Shown: positions 1 to 11,527 of the stretch, piece after piece
Position numbering within the stretch: position 1 is the first letter of the stretch
Layout of the letters: every line of letters begins with the position of its first letter
Source: Neoechinorhynchus agilis
Taxonomy: Eukaryota; Animalia; Acanthocephala
Direction of reading: 5' to 3'
Length of the DNA: 64,000 bases
NCBI GenBank assembly: GCA_051530055.1
Contig: CM121341.1
Span: forward strand, 10,704,784 to 10,768,783
Notes under the pieces: model-generated
The model's database searches: none
Told to the model about the DNA's origin: nothing
The model's input: the letters and a program-made list of their open reading frames with translations, nothing else
Made by a program: the position numbers and the translations under genes

Positions 1-1853
1 TCCACCACACCTATGATTATGGAAACTGATAAACGATTTATAAATCAATATTTACCATTAACGATTTTAAATCGATCGTGGATAAGACCTTCGTAACTAT
101 AGTCGGTTAGCAGAATAGAGTAAAGGTCCTGAGATCTATCAAATAGAATTAGATTGCATCCAATGTCACATTTATGACTTCTGTCTTTTGTTAGGGACTC
201 AGCTACCGTCTTTAAAAAATTCGTTGAATCCAAAAAAACAAAATATTACTTTTGCATGCTTCCCGTACGCAGATATTCTGGAAAAGTGGAATCCGCTAAC
301 TCTCTCAAACTGCTCCAAAGCCAATTGAACCCACTGTAGTTTCATTTCATTATTCCTCATAAACGTATCCTTAAGTGACATTGCGTAGAAGGCTTTTTTC
401 GAATTGTGAAAATACCGTGAAAAAACGATGATCGTTCATGGTGTATAAGTCATTCGAAAGGGGAACCATCAGAAACCTGAACTCCAGTAAGCTCGCCTTC
501 ACATTCATTTTCTTAAGTCACATAATTCATGAACCAGTTTTCAGAGTCTAATGATTCTGCCCACATGGATTAAAGTCTTGCAAATAGGACAAACCATCGG
601 AACGAATATCGAACATTGCGTTTTGCATCATAAGCGTTGGTTCTCAAAAAAAAATCGCTATAAAGCTTTAAACCAAGTAATTTAGATTGATTTTAAGTAC
701 AAAGTTCTTGTTGATAAAAATTAATACAGCATCAGTTATCAATCAATTGGGAAGAAAATTTTCGGGGATAATAACCGGAAGCAATGGTTTTTTCCATAAA
801 TATGCAAGTTTGAACTCGCAGAGTCATGAGTTAAACTTATTCGAAGTGTAACTGTATCATTTTAATGTTACCGACGCATGCGAGAGAGAAACAAATCGAT
901 ATATAACAAATATTGTCTTTAGAAAAAAAAGAATTTTAACGCATCTCTTCTATTATTTATATCACAAAAATTTAAATTGTTATTCTCCCTCACAGAACTT
1001 CACAGACTCTCCTATAAACAATAATTACCAATTCTCACCTGAACGAACTTCTTACGCTATACTATATTCCGACTCGACCGGACCCGTAAGCCACTCCAAA
1101 ATCAACAGCCACATTCATTTATCCTATAAGAACTCGAATGTTTATGAGGACCCAAATGTTCATAGTTTTCCTTCTTTATTCATTGATGAGACGTGTTATT
1201 ATTATAGGAAAAACTATATTTTTAATGGAAGAATGAATATGTCTGAAATTCAGAAAAAATAAATTTTGATGGTTTGTTCACCTTTCGTTCAGTTTCACTT
1301 GGACCATGTCAGTACAAAAAAAGAAGCACAAAACTGTGCAAATCTTAATCGCTTAAATAAAGAAGTAATTCCGAAATCACTGTCCCATGGTAGGCGAGAG
1401 ATCGCAATACGCAATGTTCATCGTATAATTCCGACATTGATTCCGCTCTCAAATTTTCTTATTTGTTCACAAATACGTTTTAAAGACTCAACCAACGGTC
1501 GTGTTATGAACACTAAACTTGAAGTTACATTTCTTTTACTAAAATCGAGTTTAAATGCTCCATTAATCGAATGCATTGATTCCACACCATGTTCCTTGCA
1601 AAAACCTATATATATTGATTTCATAACTATTGATTGCATACCTTTAATAATCCATACTGGGCTACAATCCCAACGGTAGATGCCAGCACCTCGTCCCAGA
1701 TTAATATCTTTATGTAACTTTTGGCAATAAATTGATCACAAAACGAATATGAACCTTTGGACCAGGTATCTCATCAATAATGTTCAGAAACTCATCTCTG
1801 TATAGTTCTATAAGTTCCAATGAAATGCGGTTTAAGACATTTTTGGATGACAT
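1..1853 (-). CDS. VPS33: Vacuolar protein sorting 33 (Sec1/Munc18 family), multi-exon, 3' part runs off the window
   Basis: Spliced translation MSSKNVLNRISLELIELYRDEFLNIIDEIPGPK|ILIWDEVLASTVGIVAQYGLLK|EHGVESMHS...VFITRPLVES and later NLILFDRSQDLYSILLTDYSYEGLIHDRF match Vps33A motifs (IVWDE..GLIAQYSLLKEH; LLDRxxD...LTYEGLID). GT-AG introns of about 40-50 nt; middle exons not all resolved. Confidence 0.85.
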
Positions 1854-1936
1854 CTAAAAAGGTACATAGATCCACGACTTTAATTTAGAGATAAATTTTT
1901 ACTTATCATTTAAGATGTCATGGCTCAATTTGCAGA

Positions 1937-2361
1937 AATCCAACAATGTTCGATTATTTCCGAAATTACAAAATTAATGACTTGCAATGCCCAATAAAAC
2001 GAATAAAAAAATAGTAAATCATCGACTTCAGATTAAAAATCTTTTTGGGTATTGTTATTCACCTCGAGATCCTGAGAATCAGTGATTCGTAAGTTAAGAA
2101 AATTTTCACTTAAATTCCTTACAATTCCGTTCCCAATAAAGCAAATAGAAATTCGGATTAGAGCGACTCCACTTACCATTTAATGACTCTTGAAAAAAAA
2201 TCCAACAATGTTCGATTATTTTCAAAATTACAAAATCAATGACTTGCAATGCCCAATAAAACGAATAAAAAATAGAAAATCATCGACTTCAGATTAAAAA
2301 TCTTTTTTGGGTATTGTTATTCACCTCGAGGTCTTGACAGCCGGTGACTCGTAAGTTAAGA
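1937..2361. repeat. Local direct duplication of about 160 bp (1937-2099 and 2199-2361)
   Basis: AATCCAACAATGTTCGATTATT...CACCTCGAG...CGTAAGTTAAGA seen twice with scattered substitutions. Confidence 0.85.
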
Positions 2362-2456
2362 GATTTGTCGCTCGAATTTTAACATAAAAGCAAAATAAAT
2401 ATTGCGTAAAAGGCCAATTTTTATCGAACGAAAAATGGGTGTTTTATTTATTTCTT

Positions 2457-2495
2457 GCTTCAAATTTTCGACGCCTTGCGTCTTCGTCAGGAAAC
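2457..2495 (-). ncRNA. Minimal hammerhead-ribozyme-like motif (left arm of H1 copy 1)
   Basis: Minus strand reads GUUUC CUGACGA A GACGC AAG GCGUC GAA AAUU U GAAGC. Confidence 0.55.
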
Positions 2496-2602
2496 TTTTC
2501 TTCGGTTATCTGAAAAGGAATCAGAGGAGGGCAACGTTAAGAGGGATGAGCTGACGGACAGCGTTGCCTTCCTCTGATTCCTTTGCAGATAACCGAAGGA
2601 GA

Positions 2603-2641
2603 GCTTCCTGACGAAGACGCAAGGCGTCGAAAATTTGAAGC
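2603..2641 (+). ncRNA. Minimal hammerhead-ribozyme-like motif (right arm of H1 copy 1)
   Basis: GCUUC CUGACGA A GACGC-AAG-GCGUC GAA AAUU U GAAGC: 5-bp stem I, intact CUGANGA/GAAA core with one extra A, 5-bp stem II, loopless palindromic stem III. Confidence 0.6.
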
Positions 2642-2799
2642 AATAAACAAATAAAACACCCATTTTTCGTTCGATAATAAATCTGGAATAAAACACGAGG
2701 GTGCTGGGAAAAGAGGCTTTCCATAATTTTCAAAAGGCAACAAAATCCTAAATTGTTTCTTGTTTACAAAATATTCATTGAACATCGTAAGATTAAAAA

Positions 2800-3270
2800 T
2801 CAATCGCATTCTTCTGCAAGCCAATCGGGCAAATCAGCATTTTTATCGGCAGTCTCAAGAAACTCGAAGAAGCCGTCTCTCTTTTTTTCCTTTCCTTTTT
2901 CAGCTCTGGATTTTCGGACCGTCTTTAACAGAGACAAGATACCACGAATGCCTATTTTCTTCAGCCGCTTTTCCTCCATTGGATCATAATCAGCGATCGG
3001 AGTGTAAGCTTTGGCATCTACAATGGCTTTACTCTTTCTCCGGAGTTTCCTTGGCCGTGAAGGCTTTTGTTCTACAGTAACATTAACATCCTCCGCTGGT
3101 TTATCCGGCTTTACTCGTTCTCGTTTTCCATCCGACGAAACAATCTCAAACGCTCCAGCTAATTGACCAGCTTTTGGATCCCGCTTCCTTTTGGGCATTT
3201 TAAGAAATATTCTTCTCAAACCGCGAGCAATGCTTTTATGTTTCTTTTGTACTTTGGATACGTTCTCCAC
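2800..3270 (-). CDS. Hypothetical Lys/Arg-rich protein (probable 3' exon; 3365-3577 may be an upstream exon)
   Basis: 156-codon open frame with protein-like charged composition in AT-rich DNA; no motif recognised and the start is not an ATG. Confidence 0.35.
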   Translation of the reverse strand: MENVSKVQKKHKSIARGLRRIFLKMPKRKRDPKAGQLAGAFEIVSSDGKRERVKPDKPAEDVNVTVEQKPSRPRKLRRKSKAIVDAKAYTPIADYDPMEEKRLKKIGIRGILSLLKTVRKSRAEKGKEKKRDGFFEFLETADKNADLPDWLAEECD

Positions 3271-3723
3271 TGATCTTTACGTACTCTGGACGCTCAATAA
3301 TTGATCGGAACTAATCATCAATCGAGCACGATAAGTATAGGAAGTGTTTGACAATTGAACTATTTCATGCAGAAATATCGAACTTAATAAATTCCTTTAA
3401 ATTTTCCGCCTTAAGCATTATAGAAAGTATTGGTTGGCAATAGTCTTTTAGTCGTCCCACTGACGATGGTGTCACTTTCTTCAGTAATTTTCTACGATAA
3501 CTATCATATATAAAATTCCATTTGAATTGAGTCAAATAATTCTTACAACGATGCCAAACGATCGATTGACTTTTCATCGAGACTGCTGTTCAATTTCATA
3601 CAACAATATGCAGCGGTCTATAGAATTTCTTAGCTTTTCTTTATTTTAACGAACTAAATTCTGCAAAGAAGACTTGATAATTGAAATATATTTTGTTTGG
3701 TGTTAAGAAAATAGAGTTTAATT

Positions 3724-3838
3724 CATTGATTTCCTTTCACAATATTCAAAGCTTAAAAAACTTATAAACAACCTGAAGAAGTCCGACGAGACGGGCGAAA
3801 TATTGTGATAAGGAATCAATAAATCAATCTCTATATCA
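3724..3838. repeat. Short inverted-repeat element, family H2, with hammerhead-like core on + strand
   Basis: TTGATTTCCTTTCACAATATT ... AATATTGTGATAAGGAATCAA arms; core CTGAAGA A GTCCG ACGAGA CGGGC GAAA at 3773-3800; related copies at 19222-19346 and 32415-32514. Confidence 0.65.
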
Positions 3839-4194
3839 CCAAATGAAATATATCTACAAAAACCACTTCTTTACAATAATAGAAACAATGGCACTCTCGT
3901 GAATTTATTATCGTCAATTTCGAATCGACTTTTCCATTTCAACATCGGACCGATAATTTATCCCAACTGTTGAACATAATGCTTATTTTGGAATGTTCTA
4001 GGGAATAAGTGAAGTTCGATGGTGACTTGCATCGATCGATATATTTAAAGGTCGTATTTGTTAAGAAGGTAGATCACGGGAAAACTCAGAAGGGCGTTGA
4101 ATATGGAATACAAAGGAATTCTGGAGTTTTCATGCAATTCCAAAAAATAACTGAGTGCTCCATAAACAAAATTCGACATAAAATCTGTAAGGTG

Positions 4195-4345
4195 TGTTAT
4201 TTAGAAGTCTTCACCCGGTAAAGAATTTTTCGCTAAAGACTTTTCGGACCGCGTCGCGTTTATTATCAGTTCTAAAAAAACGAGTTCATCAATCGGTTTT
4301 TAGACCCGACGAGGTTAGGAACGTATTTAATAAAAAAATCAACAC
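4195..4345. mobile_element. Degenerate copy of palindromic element family H3
   Basis: TTTAGAAGTCTTCACCCGGTAAA and ACCCGACGAGGTTAGGAACGT resemble the intact copy at 24700-24870. Confidence 0.5.
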
Positions 4346-5199
4346 TTCTAATCATATATCCCATTAAATTCCCTCACATATCGACATGTAGATCATGGGG
4401 ACGAGCCCGTTCCTCCTCGTGGTGCCTATGGGAACCCTCCGTTGCAATCCAGTAACGGGGGAGCTGAACGTGGACACTCTCATGGTGACAGGTCGATCGA
4501 GAGGTTTCAAGATCACCCTCGTCGCTAACTCAACCATGATTATGTCCGTAAAACAAGCTCAACATTGTGCTAGGGCTTGATTTTTGGGGATACTCATGAA
4601 CCACGCCATGAAAAAGTGATAATTTATTCGCCATAGAACCATATTTGATGTTCGCCATTACGCGCACCAATGGCGTTGCTAAAAATATGAATTTTGTTAT
4701 TTCATTTTGAAACTGGCAAGAATTGCGATTGCATTTATGGACGATTTTATTAAGCGCTCTACACAATTTCACTTCATATCTGTTGATTTAAATTTCCCAT
4801 GTTTAATTTCGTTTAGCCTTTTCCTTTGTTATCATTTTCACTGCTGAAAATCATGGGTTTTTTAGACGTTTAATCGTTTTTACCCGTTCTGTTAAATAAA
4901 GATCATCGATGCACTCCGTAAGAATATTTTTGTATCGACAACAATCAAGGATCTGATTTAAAAATCAGTGTTCTCGAATGCTAATAAATTCGCTAATAAA
5001 AAACTATTATCTTAACACTCAGGCACGCGCGTTCAACAACTATTGACGTTCCCCAGTTTATCCAATCCATAATCGACGAAATCCTTTTCACTGATTGATT
5101 GAAGGAGTGATCGATTCTCGATTAATCTAAGTTCCCTGATATATTCGAGTTCCTCGCTGTCTCCTAAAAGACGAAATAGCGGCGTTGGCCTATGAGTTC

Positions 5200-6259
5200 T
5201 TAAAACGTACTCATTGTAGCCAATAAGAGATGTCGCATCGATACGACAGTTAATTTACAGGCTTTATGAAGATTGGATTTTTCTTTTATCATATAATGAG
5301 TTAATAAAGACGCGAATACGTCTCCGGTCCCGGTAAATTTCATCTTTAACTTAGGAATTATTATTTTGAACCATTGGAATTGTACGCCATTTTCCTTTCG
5401 GTTTAATGTACTTCCTAGCAAAACAAGATTGTCTGGATCGAGGTGATCGATACTGGTTATGACGATATGAGACGGTCCTTTAAGATGTACTAAAAAGGAA
5501 GAAGATAATAAAGATCGATCTTCTTGCTTTTTCTTTAAAGTCTTCATCTCGTTAACAATTTGCTCAACGGAAAGCTTCTCCTTCAATGTCACATTAGCCA
5601 GCAATTGAAATTCAAAGTAGTTTGGAGTGATAACGTCCGATAATTGGAGCATTATGTTCTGGTAGACATTGACAGAATCTTTATCTACATACTAAAAAAT
5701 TGGTTTTTAAATATTATAACACCATAGAGAAGAAAAAAAAGGATTTACCATGAATCCATCATCACCCATCACAGGATCGCAAACTTAAAAAAATTAAATT
5801 ATACTTAAAATTTGCTTTGTAAGACGTACGGAATACGAGTTGGTGATTAGTTGATTTTAAATCCTTTACAATATTAGCTACATTCCGTATAAACTCTCCT
5901 GATTTCATGTATCCGCTCAATATCCATTGGTATCCATCAGTGAGTTCATTAGCTTTGAGGGCTTCGACAATGTTGTTCAATGACTTAACGGACAATTCAC
6001 ATCCGTCAAATTTGTCATAGCCTACGAGAGTTTAAAATAATTGAATAATTACGATTAAACGAACCAGTGTGATTGGAGAAATGAACACTATTGATAAGAT
6101 CTACATTATATCCGAACGTCTAGTATTTTTAATAAAAATGGCCGATTATTAAATTAAAAAGAATTAAACCTGAAGAACAAACGATGCGCACTTGTTTCCC
6201 ACAAAGCCGTACACGACGTGACTTTGGATTGATAAGATCCGAGGAGCTGCGTTTGACAT
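5200..6259 (-). CDS. PDXK: Pyridoxal kinase (PfkB/ribokinase family), about 5 exons
   Basis: MSNAAPRILSIQSHVVYGFVGNKCASFVLQ|TFGYNVDLINSVHFSNHTG|Y...LSGY...LCDPVMGDDG...VITPNYFE...FTGTGDVF; canonical GT-AG introns of 43-65 nt. Confidence 0.95.
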
Positions 6260-6430
6260 TACTCGATACTGGAACGAACGTCGGAAATTATATTTGTCTT
6301 AGGAAAAACAGTAAGCTCTCGTGTCTTAGGTAGAGCGAAAGAATAGAACACTTCTCAGCTTGGAAAAGACGTCGAGCAACTCTACAAAATATGGCACGCA
6401 GCTACGATTGCAAGATTTATGGGTGTTTTT

Positions 6431-7970
6431 TTCAAAACGTTGCAAACCCTCGCTGAGAAGTAGATAATTCGAAACTGGTAAGATTTTTTCTATTAAAATT
6501 TACACTTGTTTTCATAACGCTGCAAACTTTCACAGATGAGCTGATAAGTAGAAATTGGAAAGATTTTTATTAAAATTTTAAATTTACACTTGTTTTCAAA
6601 ACGTTGCAAACCCTCGCTGAGAAGTAGATATGGTGTTTTTTTTTTGGGGGGTTGGTTTTTTTATTTAAATTTACACTTGTTTTCAAACGTTGCAAACCTG
6701 TGAAAGTAGATAATTCGAAACTGGTAAGATTTTTCTATTAAAATTTACACTTGTTTTATAACGCTGCAAACTTTCACAGATGAGCTGATAAGTAGAAATT
6801 GGAAAGATTTTTATTAAAATTTTAAATTTACACTTGTTTTCAAAACGTTGCAAACCCTTGCTGAGAAGTAGATAATTCGAAACTGGTAAGATTTTTTCTA
6901 TTAAAATTTACACTTTGCAAACTTTCACAGATGAGCTGATAAGTAGAAATTGGAAAGATTATTAAAATTTGAAATTTACACTTGTTTTCAAAACGTTGCA
7001 AACCCTTGCTGAGAAGTAGATAATTCGAAACTGGTAAGATTTTTCTATTAAAATTTACACTTGTTTTCATAACGCTGCAAACTTTCACAGATGAGCTGAT
7101 AAGTAGAAATTGGAAAGATTTTTATTAAAATTTTAAATTTACACTTGTTTTCAAAACGTTGCAAACCCTTGCTGAGAAGTAGATAATTCGAAACTGGTAA
7201 GATTTTTTCTATTAAAATTTACACTTGTTTTCATAACGCTGCAAACTTTCACAGAGAGTGATAAGAATGAAAGATTATTAAAATTTAAATTTACACTTGT
7301 TTCAAACGTTGCAAACCTCGAAGTAGATAATTGAAATGGTAAGATTTTTATTAAAATTTACTTAACTTTCACAGATGAGCTGATAAGTAGAAATTGAAAG
7401 ATTTTTATAATTTAAATTTACATTGTTTTCAAACGTTGCAAACCCTGCTGAAAGTAGATAATTCGAAACTGGTAAGATTTTCATTAAAATTTACCTTGTT
7501 TTATAACGGATTTCAAGTGGTGAGCTGATAAGTAGAAATTGGAAAGATTTTTATTAAAATTTTAAATTTACACTTGTTTTCAAAACGTTGCAAACCCTCG
7601 CTGAGAAGTAGATAATTCGAAACTGGTAAGATTTTTTCTATTAAAATTTACACTTTGCAAACTTTCACAGATGAGCTGATAAGTAGAAATTGGAAAGATT
7701 TTTATTAAAATTTTAAATTTACACTTGTTTTCAAAACGTTGCAAACCCTCGCTGAAAAGTAGATAATTCGAAACTGGTAAGATTTTTTCTATTAAAATTT
7801 ACACTTGTTTTAATAACGCTGCAAACTTTCACAGATGAGCTGATAAGTAGAAATTGGAAAGATTTTTATTAAAATTTGAAATTTACACTTGTTTTCAAAG
7901 CGTTGCAAACCCTTGCTGAGAAGTAGATAATTCGAAACTGGTAAGATTTTTACTTAATTTTGAAATTTAC
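6431..7970. repeat. Tandem array, about 164-bp unit made of related 80- and 84-bp halves, about 9 units
   Basis: Alternating TTTACACTTGTTTTCAAAACGTTGCAAACCC... and TTTACACTTGTTTTCATAACGCTGCAAACTTT... subunits. Confidence 0.95.
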
Positions 7971-9031
7971 AATTTAAACCGAAATAAACAATTCTGAAAA
8001 GTCTTATAAATGTTAATCTGCTCGGTAGTGCATAGGAATTTCTTCCAAAAACTCGATATAATGAAAGCTATTAAATCCATTCAATTTTTTATTGTTTTTT
8101 GTTACTTTGACGCCTACGTTCAAAAGTAGTAAAGTCTTAAACGAAGATGATCTATGCGACGACGCCACATTTAAGCATGTAAAATCCTTGATTTATTTGA
8201 AAACACCTTCAAAACATTTATTCATCGTTCGTTTTGTTCGTTGTTTCGAAATGCTCAAAGGTAGTTAAATCGCAATTGTGTATTAATCTCTAGCTTTTCA
8301 TATAATCTAAAATTGATCTATGCTATATCTAAAAACATCCAGTTCATTTTTACATTTTTGACAATTTTGCTTGAAATTGCAAGTGAACCAAATGTTGCTA
8401 TATTTTTAATTTCTCTTAGCAGTTCATTACACGAACACATCATGAAATCGTAAAAGTGATACTTTTAAATAAATTCTATTACTTAAAAATATCGTGAAAA
8501 TTTTAAGTGTTAAATGGAGTCTCTTTGTCGTATTTCTCAGCTTTGTCAATTATATTTGCAGCATTAATCCTATAGATGGCTTCATTTTGTTACACATTTT
8601 CTCTATAATACTAGGGGAAATTGATTTAATTGTAATAAAAGAATAATATTAAGTAATTTGTAAGGTTCGCATGACAGGATTTTCGTGTTAAGTTTAAATC
8701 TTCCAATGTATTTTAAAATTTTATTTTTCCGCTTTCTATTCAGCTTGGAATTAGCACCTTAACTTGCATGCCAGAAATGGTCAAGCCTTAAAATGCCCTG
8801 AAGAAACACTGGAATCTTTTTTAGACACACAGCGACGGCATTTGGTTCTTTTAATATGGTTTTAAAAAGTTAATCGTACAAAAAAAATAATCTATCTTGT
8901 GATGTAAAGAGTGGTCGATTTATCCCGACATCCTCTTTGATATTTCGATTTTTCATCTCTAAGTTCAAAAGTGTTTGGCATTTAACACGCTCGTTAAAAT
9001 AATCTCAAAAGAGTATTTTCTTAAAAACTTT

Positions 9032-10549
9032 TTATTTCAAATATTTATCAATATAAGCTTGCACATTAAATTTTCGAGCGCAACCGGCATAAGACATAAA
9101 TCTAATCTTCCCAAACACGTCTCGTTCTGCGAATGCCCGATCATGGACTCCACAAATACTCCACATAACACCCACATAACCATTGGGATCTCGACCATCG
9201 ATTTCATATTTATCATTGAGTTCTACGGCAAACCTTATGGCTTCTTGGGGAGATTTTGTCCACTCGAGAATCTTCTTTGCCCAATACATTCTCATAAATC
9301 CGTGCATTTTACCCGTCTTAACCATTTCCATTTGTGCGGCATTCCAAAGATCATCATGCGTTTTTCCTTGCTCAAACTCATTCAGCTTATAAGTATAGCT
9401 CCTTTTCGTTTGTCGATGAGCCGATAGAGTTTCCTTAGCCCATTTCCAGGCTCCTTTAAGATTATCATAATCATTCTGATAAAAGCAATAATTGTCAGCT
9501 AATTCGCGCCGAACAACAGCTTCTTCAATAAAAGCTTCAACTCCCTTTTTAAATCCCGGAGACTTTTGCTTTCGTTCAACTTCGAAAGCGCATCTCTGAG
9601 GAGAAATCTGACCAAAATGAAAGTAAGGAGAGAGATTACTGAGACAATCTCCACGAGTTGGATCATTGCGAAAACTGTCATACGCTCGAAGTCCAGAGCC
9701 AGCAGGAGCCTTGATAAAATCAAACAGAGTTTTTACGGCTGCTTCGTACCCTGGTTCAATGACGGAAACAGGTTCAACGCTTTTATCAGCATCGACCTGT
9801 CGATAAAGATTATCCCATTCTTTATCATTGTCTTCAACGAACCCGTCGTAATTTGGTTGGAACTGTTCGGGTTGTTTTACCAAAGGGGGGAACTCAGTAA
9901 GGAATGTCGGTAAAAGATTTTGGATTTTTCGTCTGATCGTATGAGCAGCAAATTCCAAGTGGTCCGAAGTATGCCAACATGGAATGACATTGTGAGCGTC
10001 TACGCGAAAAAGTGGAATTTCGATTTTACGGTTTTCGAATTCCGTCTTAATGCACTGAACCTGATTCTTGTGTTCGCGAAGTGGAGAAAAATCACAGACC
10101 AATGCGGACGCGTTGTACTTTTGGACATATCGACACAATTCCGTACCAAAAGTAGTATTTTGTGTTGTTTTTAGAACGCAGAATGGAATATGGAGGAGTC
10201 TACATGATTTTGAGACTTCTCGTAAGCCTTTAAGCATAAAATCACATGCGCGTAGAGTTGTGCTCGATGAACATTCCAAACAGAAGCAACAAACTAAAGG
10301 TCGATGAGCAATGAATGAAAGTTTTTGAGCGTACAGAAATGCCCAGTTATCCTGGACGCGTTGATCCCGATACATCCAATATATAACCGGACCGGTGTTA
10401 TCGTTTGGCCATTGCCCGTGGAAAATCTGTGTTCGTTGTACTGCGTAGTAAAATTCGAGTATAGAAGATGCTGTTTTGGATCGGTAATTTTCGAGCAACC
10501 TCAGTGGGTTGATTGTTTTGTTTCGAGGAGAAATCGATCGACTAGGCAT
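9032..10549 (-). CDS. phr: Class II CPD photolyase, intronless, 505 aa
   Basis: VIYWMYRDQRVQDNWA, VDAHNVIP, LSPYFHFGQIS, GKMHGFMRMYWAKKILEW, DGRDPNGYVGVMWSICGVHDR and FGKIRFM are class II photolyase signatures. Confidence 0.97.
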   Translation of the reverse strand: MPSRSISPRNKTINPLRLLENYRSKTASSILEFYYAVQRTQIFHGQWPNDNTGPVIYWMYRDQRVQDNWAFLYAQKLSFIAHRPLVCCFCLECSSSTTLRACDFMLKGLREVSKSCRLLHIPFCVLKTTQNTTFGTELCRYVQKYNASALVCDFSPLREHKNQVQCIKTEFENRKIEIPLFRVDAHNVIPCWHTSDHLEFAAHTIRRKIQNLLPTFLTEFPPLVKQPEQFQPNYDGFVEDNDKEWDNLYRQVDADKSVEPVSVIEPGYEAAVKTLFDFIKAPAGSGLRAYDSFRNDPTRGDCLSNLSPYFHFGQISPQRCAFEVERKQKSPGFKKGVEAFIEEAVVRRELADNYCFYQNDYDNLKGAWKWAKETLSAHRQTKRSYTYKLNEFEQGKTHDDLWNAAQMEMVKTGKMHGFMRMYWAKKILEWTKSPQEAIRFAVELNDKYEIDGRDPNGYVGVMWSICGVHDRAFAERDVFGKIRFMSYAGCARKFNVQAYIDKYLK

Positions 10550-10915
10550 TGATACAAATGCAAACTATGGAGAGATTGTAGGCAAGCTGAAGCACTTTAG
10601 TATCGGTTATCGTATACACGCCTAGGTATTCGCTATGCTTTGCGAGGCAATCGGGAAAACAAGGATCAACAACAATCTTAAAATAGGTTCGTCATTCTGA
10701 AGGACTTTTAGTGTAAATTTATTGGAATTAGACATACAAAGTATCGGTTAAACAACGTTTAGATATATGAAATTTTTAAGGAATCAGTTTTTTTACAGCG
10801 TTTGTTCTTTAATCGTGTAATCCGAATTTTGGATAACAGATTGTTAATGAAAATGTTTGTTGAACTATACACAGGCATTGGATGGCGGTGAACATAATGC
10901 CCCGGTTAAAGATTC

Positions 10916-11075
10916 TTTTATTATTATGAAATATTTCGAAAGAGGAAACCTCGCCTCGAATACTTCCAAACAATTCGAAATATTTCAGAAGAATAAAATG
11001 ATTTTTTACCGGGTGATTATCTTCACCATAGGTCAAAATTTACCATCCCGATGGATTTTCTCTCTCGATATGATT
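10916..11075. repeat. Dispersed repeat ending CCATCCCGATGGATTTTCTCTCGATATGATTAA (copies at 27531-27668 and 56641-56730)
   Basis: The roughly 33-nt terminal motif and a GAAACCTCGC(C/T)TC motif are shared by three loci. Confidence 0.65.
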
Positions 11076-11527
11076 AATACAGGTATCTTTACGTTCACCA
11101 GTGAGACTATTTTGACTTGGCTTTCCATTGACTACTTACACTTTGGATGCATTCGCTTAGAGATCTTATCAAAAACCTTTACATTTTTGTGAATTTGATG
11201 AATACTTTACATCGCCTTTTGTTATACAAAAAATGCGTCCAAAACCATTAGAAATTCCGCGTTGTTTAAAGTTTACATATTGTTTAAATGTATTTAATTT
11301 AAAGTCTCATTGAAATGACTCACTTCGCTTAAGATAGACTTTTAAGTTGCAAAATATTTGAATGTGAGTAGTTATCCTTTTATGAAACCTGAAACCGTTT
11401 AAGTGACTTTAGAGATTAAGTAAAGTCTTATTGGAATTAAGATAAAAATTCTTCATTACTGACATTTACGGTGAGTTTTTTTTATAGTAAATCTTTGTAA
11501 ACAAAGTAGGAGGATTATTAATGGATG

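Larger units (their letters stand above)
2421..2727. mobile_element. Palindromic (foldback) mini-element, family H1, copy 1
   Basis: Arms of about 115 bp (2421-2537 and about 2562-2677) are near-perfect reverse complements; a second copy lies at 31885-32158; imperfect AAAAGGC(C)AA direct repeat on both flanks. Confidence 0.85.

Noticed and set aside
4420-4660. Minus-strand frame with C-TGA-A-C as a second selenoprotein
   Set aside because: No recognisable selenoprotein family motif and no SECIS seen downstream.
9032-10549. Bacterial horizontal transfer of the intronless photolyase or fumarase
   Set aside because: Class II photolyases are normal in animals, fumarase has a mitochondrial presequence, and there are no prokaryotic signals or operon context.
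8975-10552. Plus-strand ORFs over photolyase (and likewise over TGR, DLST, SDE2 and fumarase)
   Set aside because: Antisense or off-frame shadows of well-supported genes.
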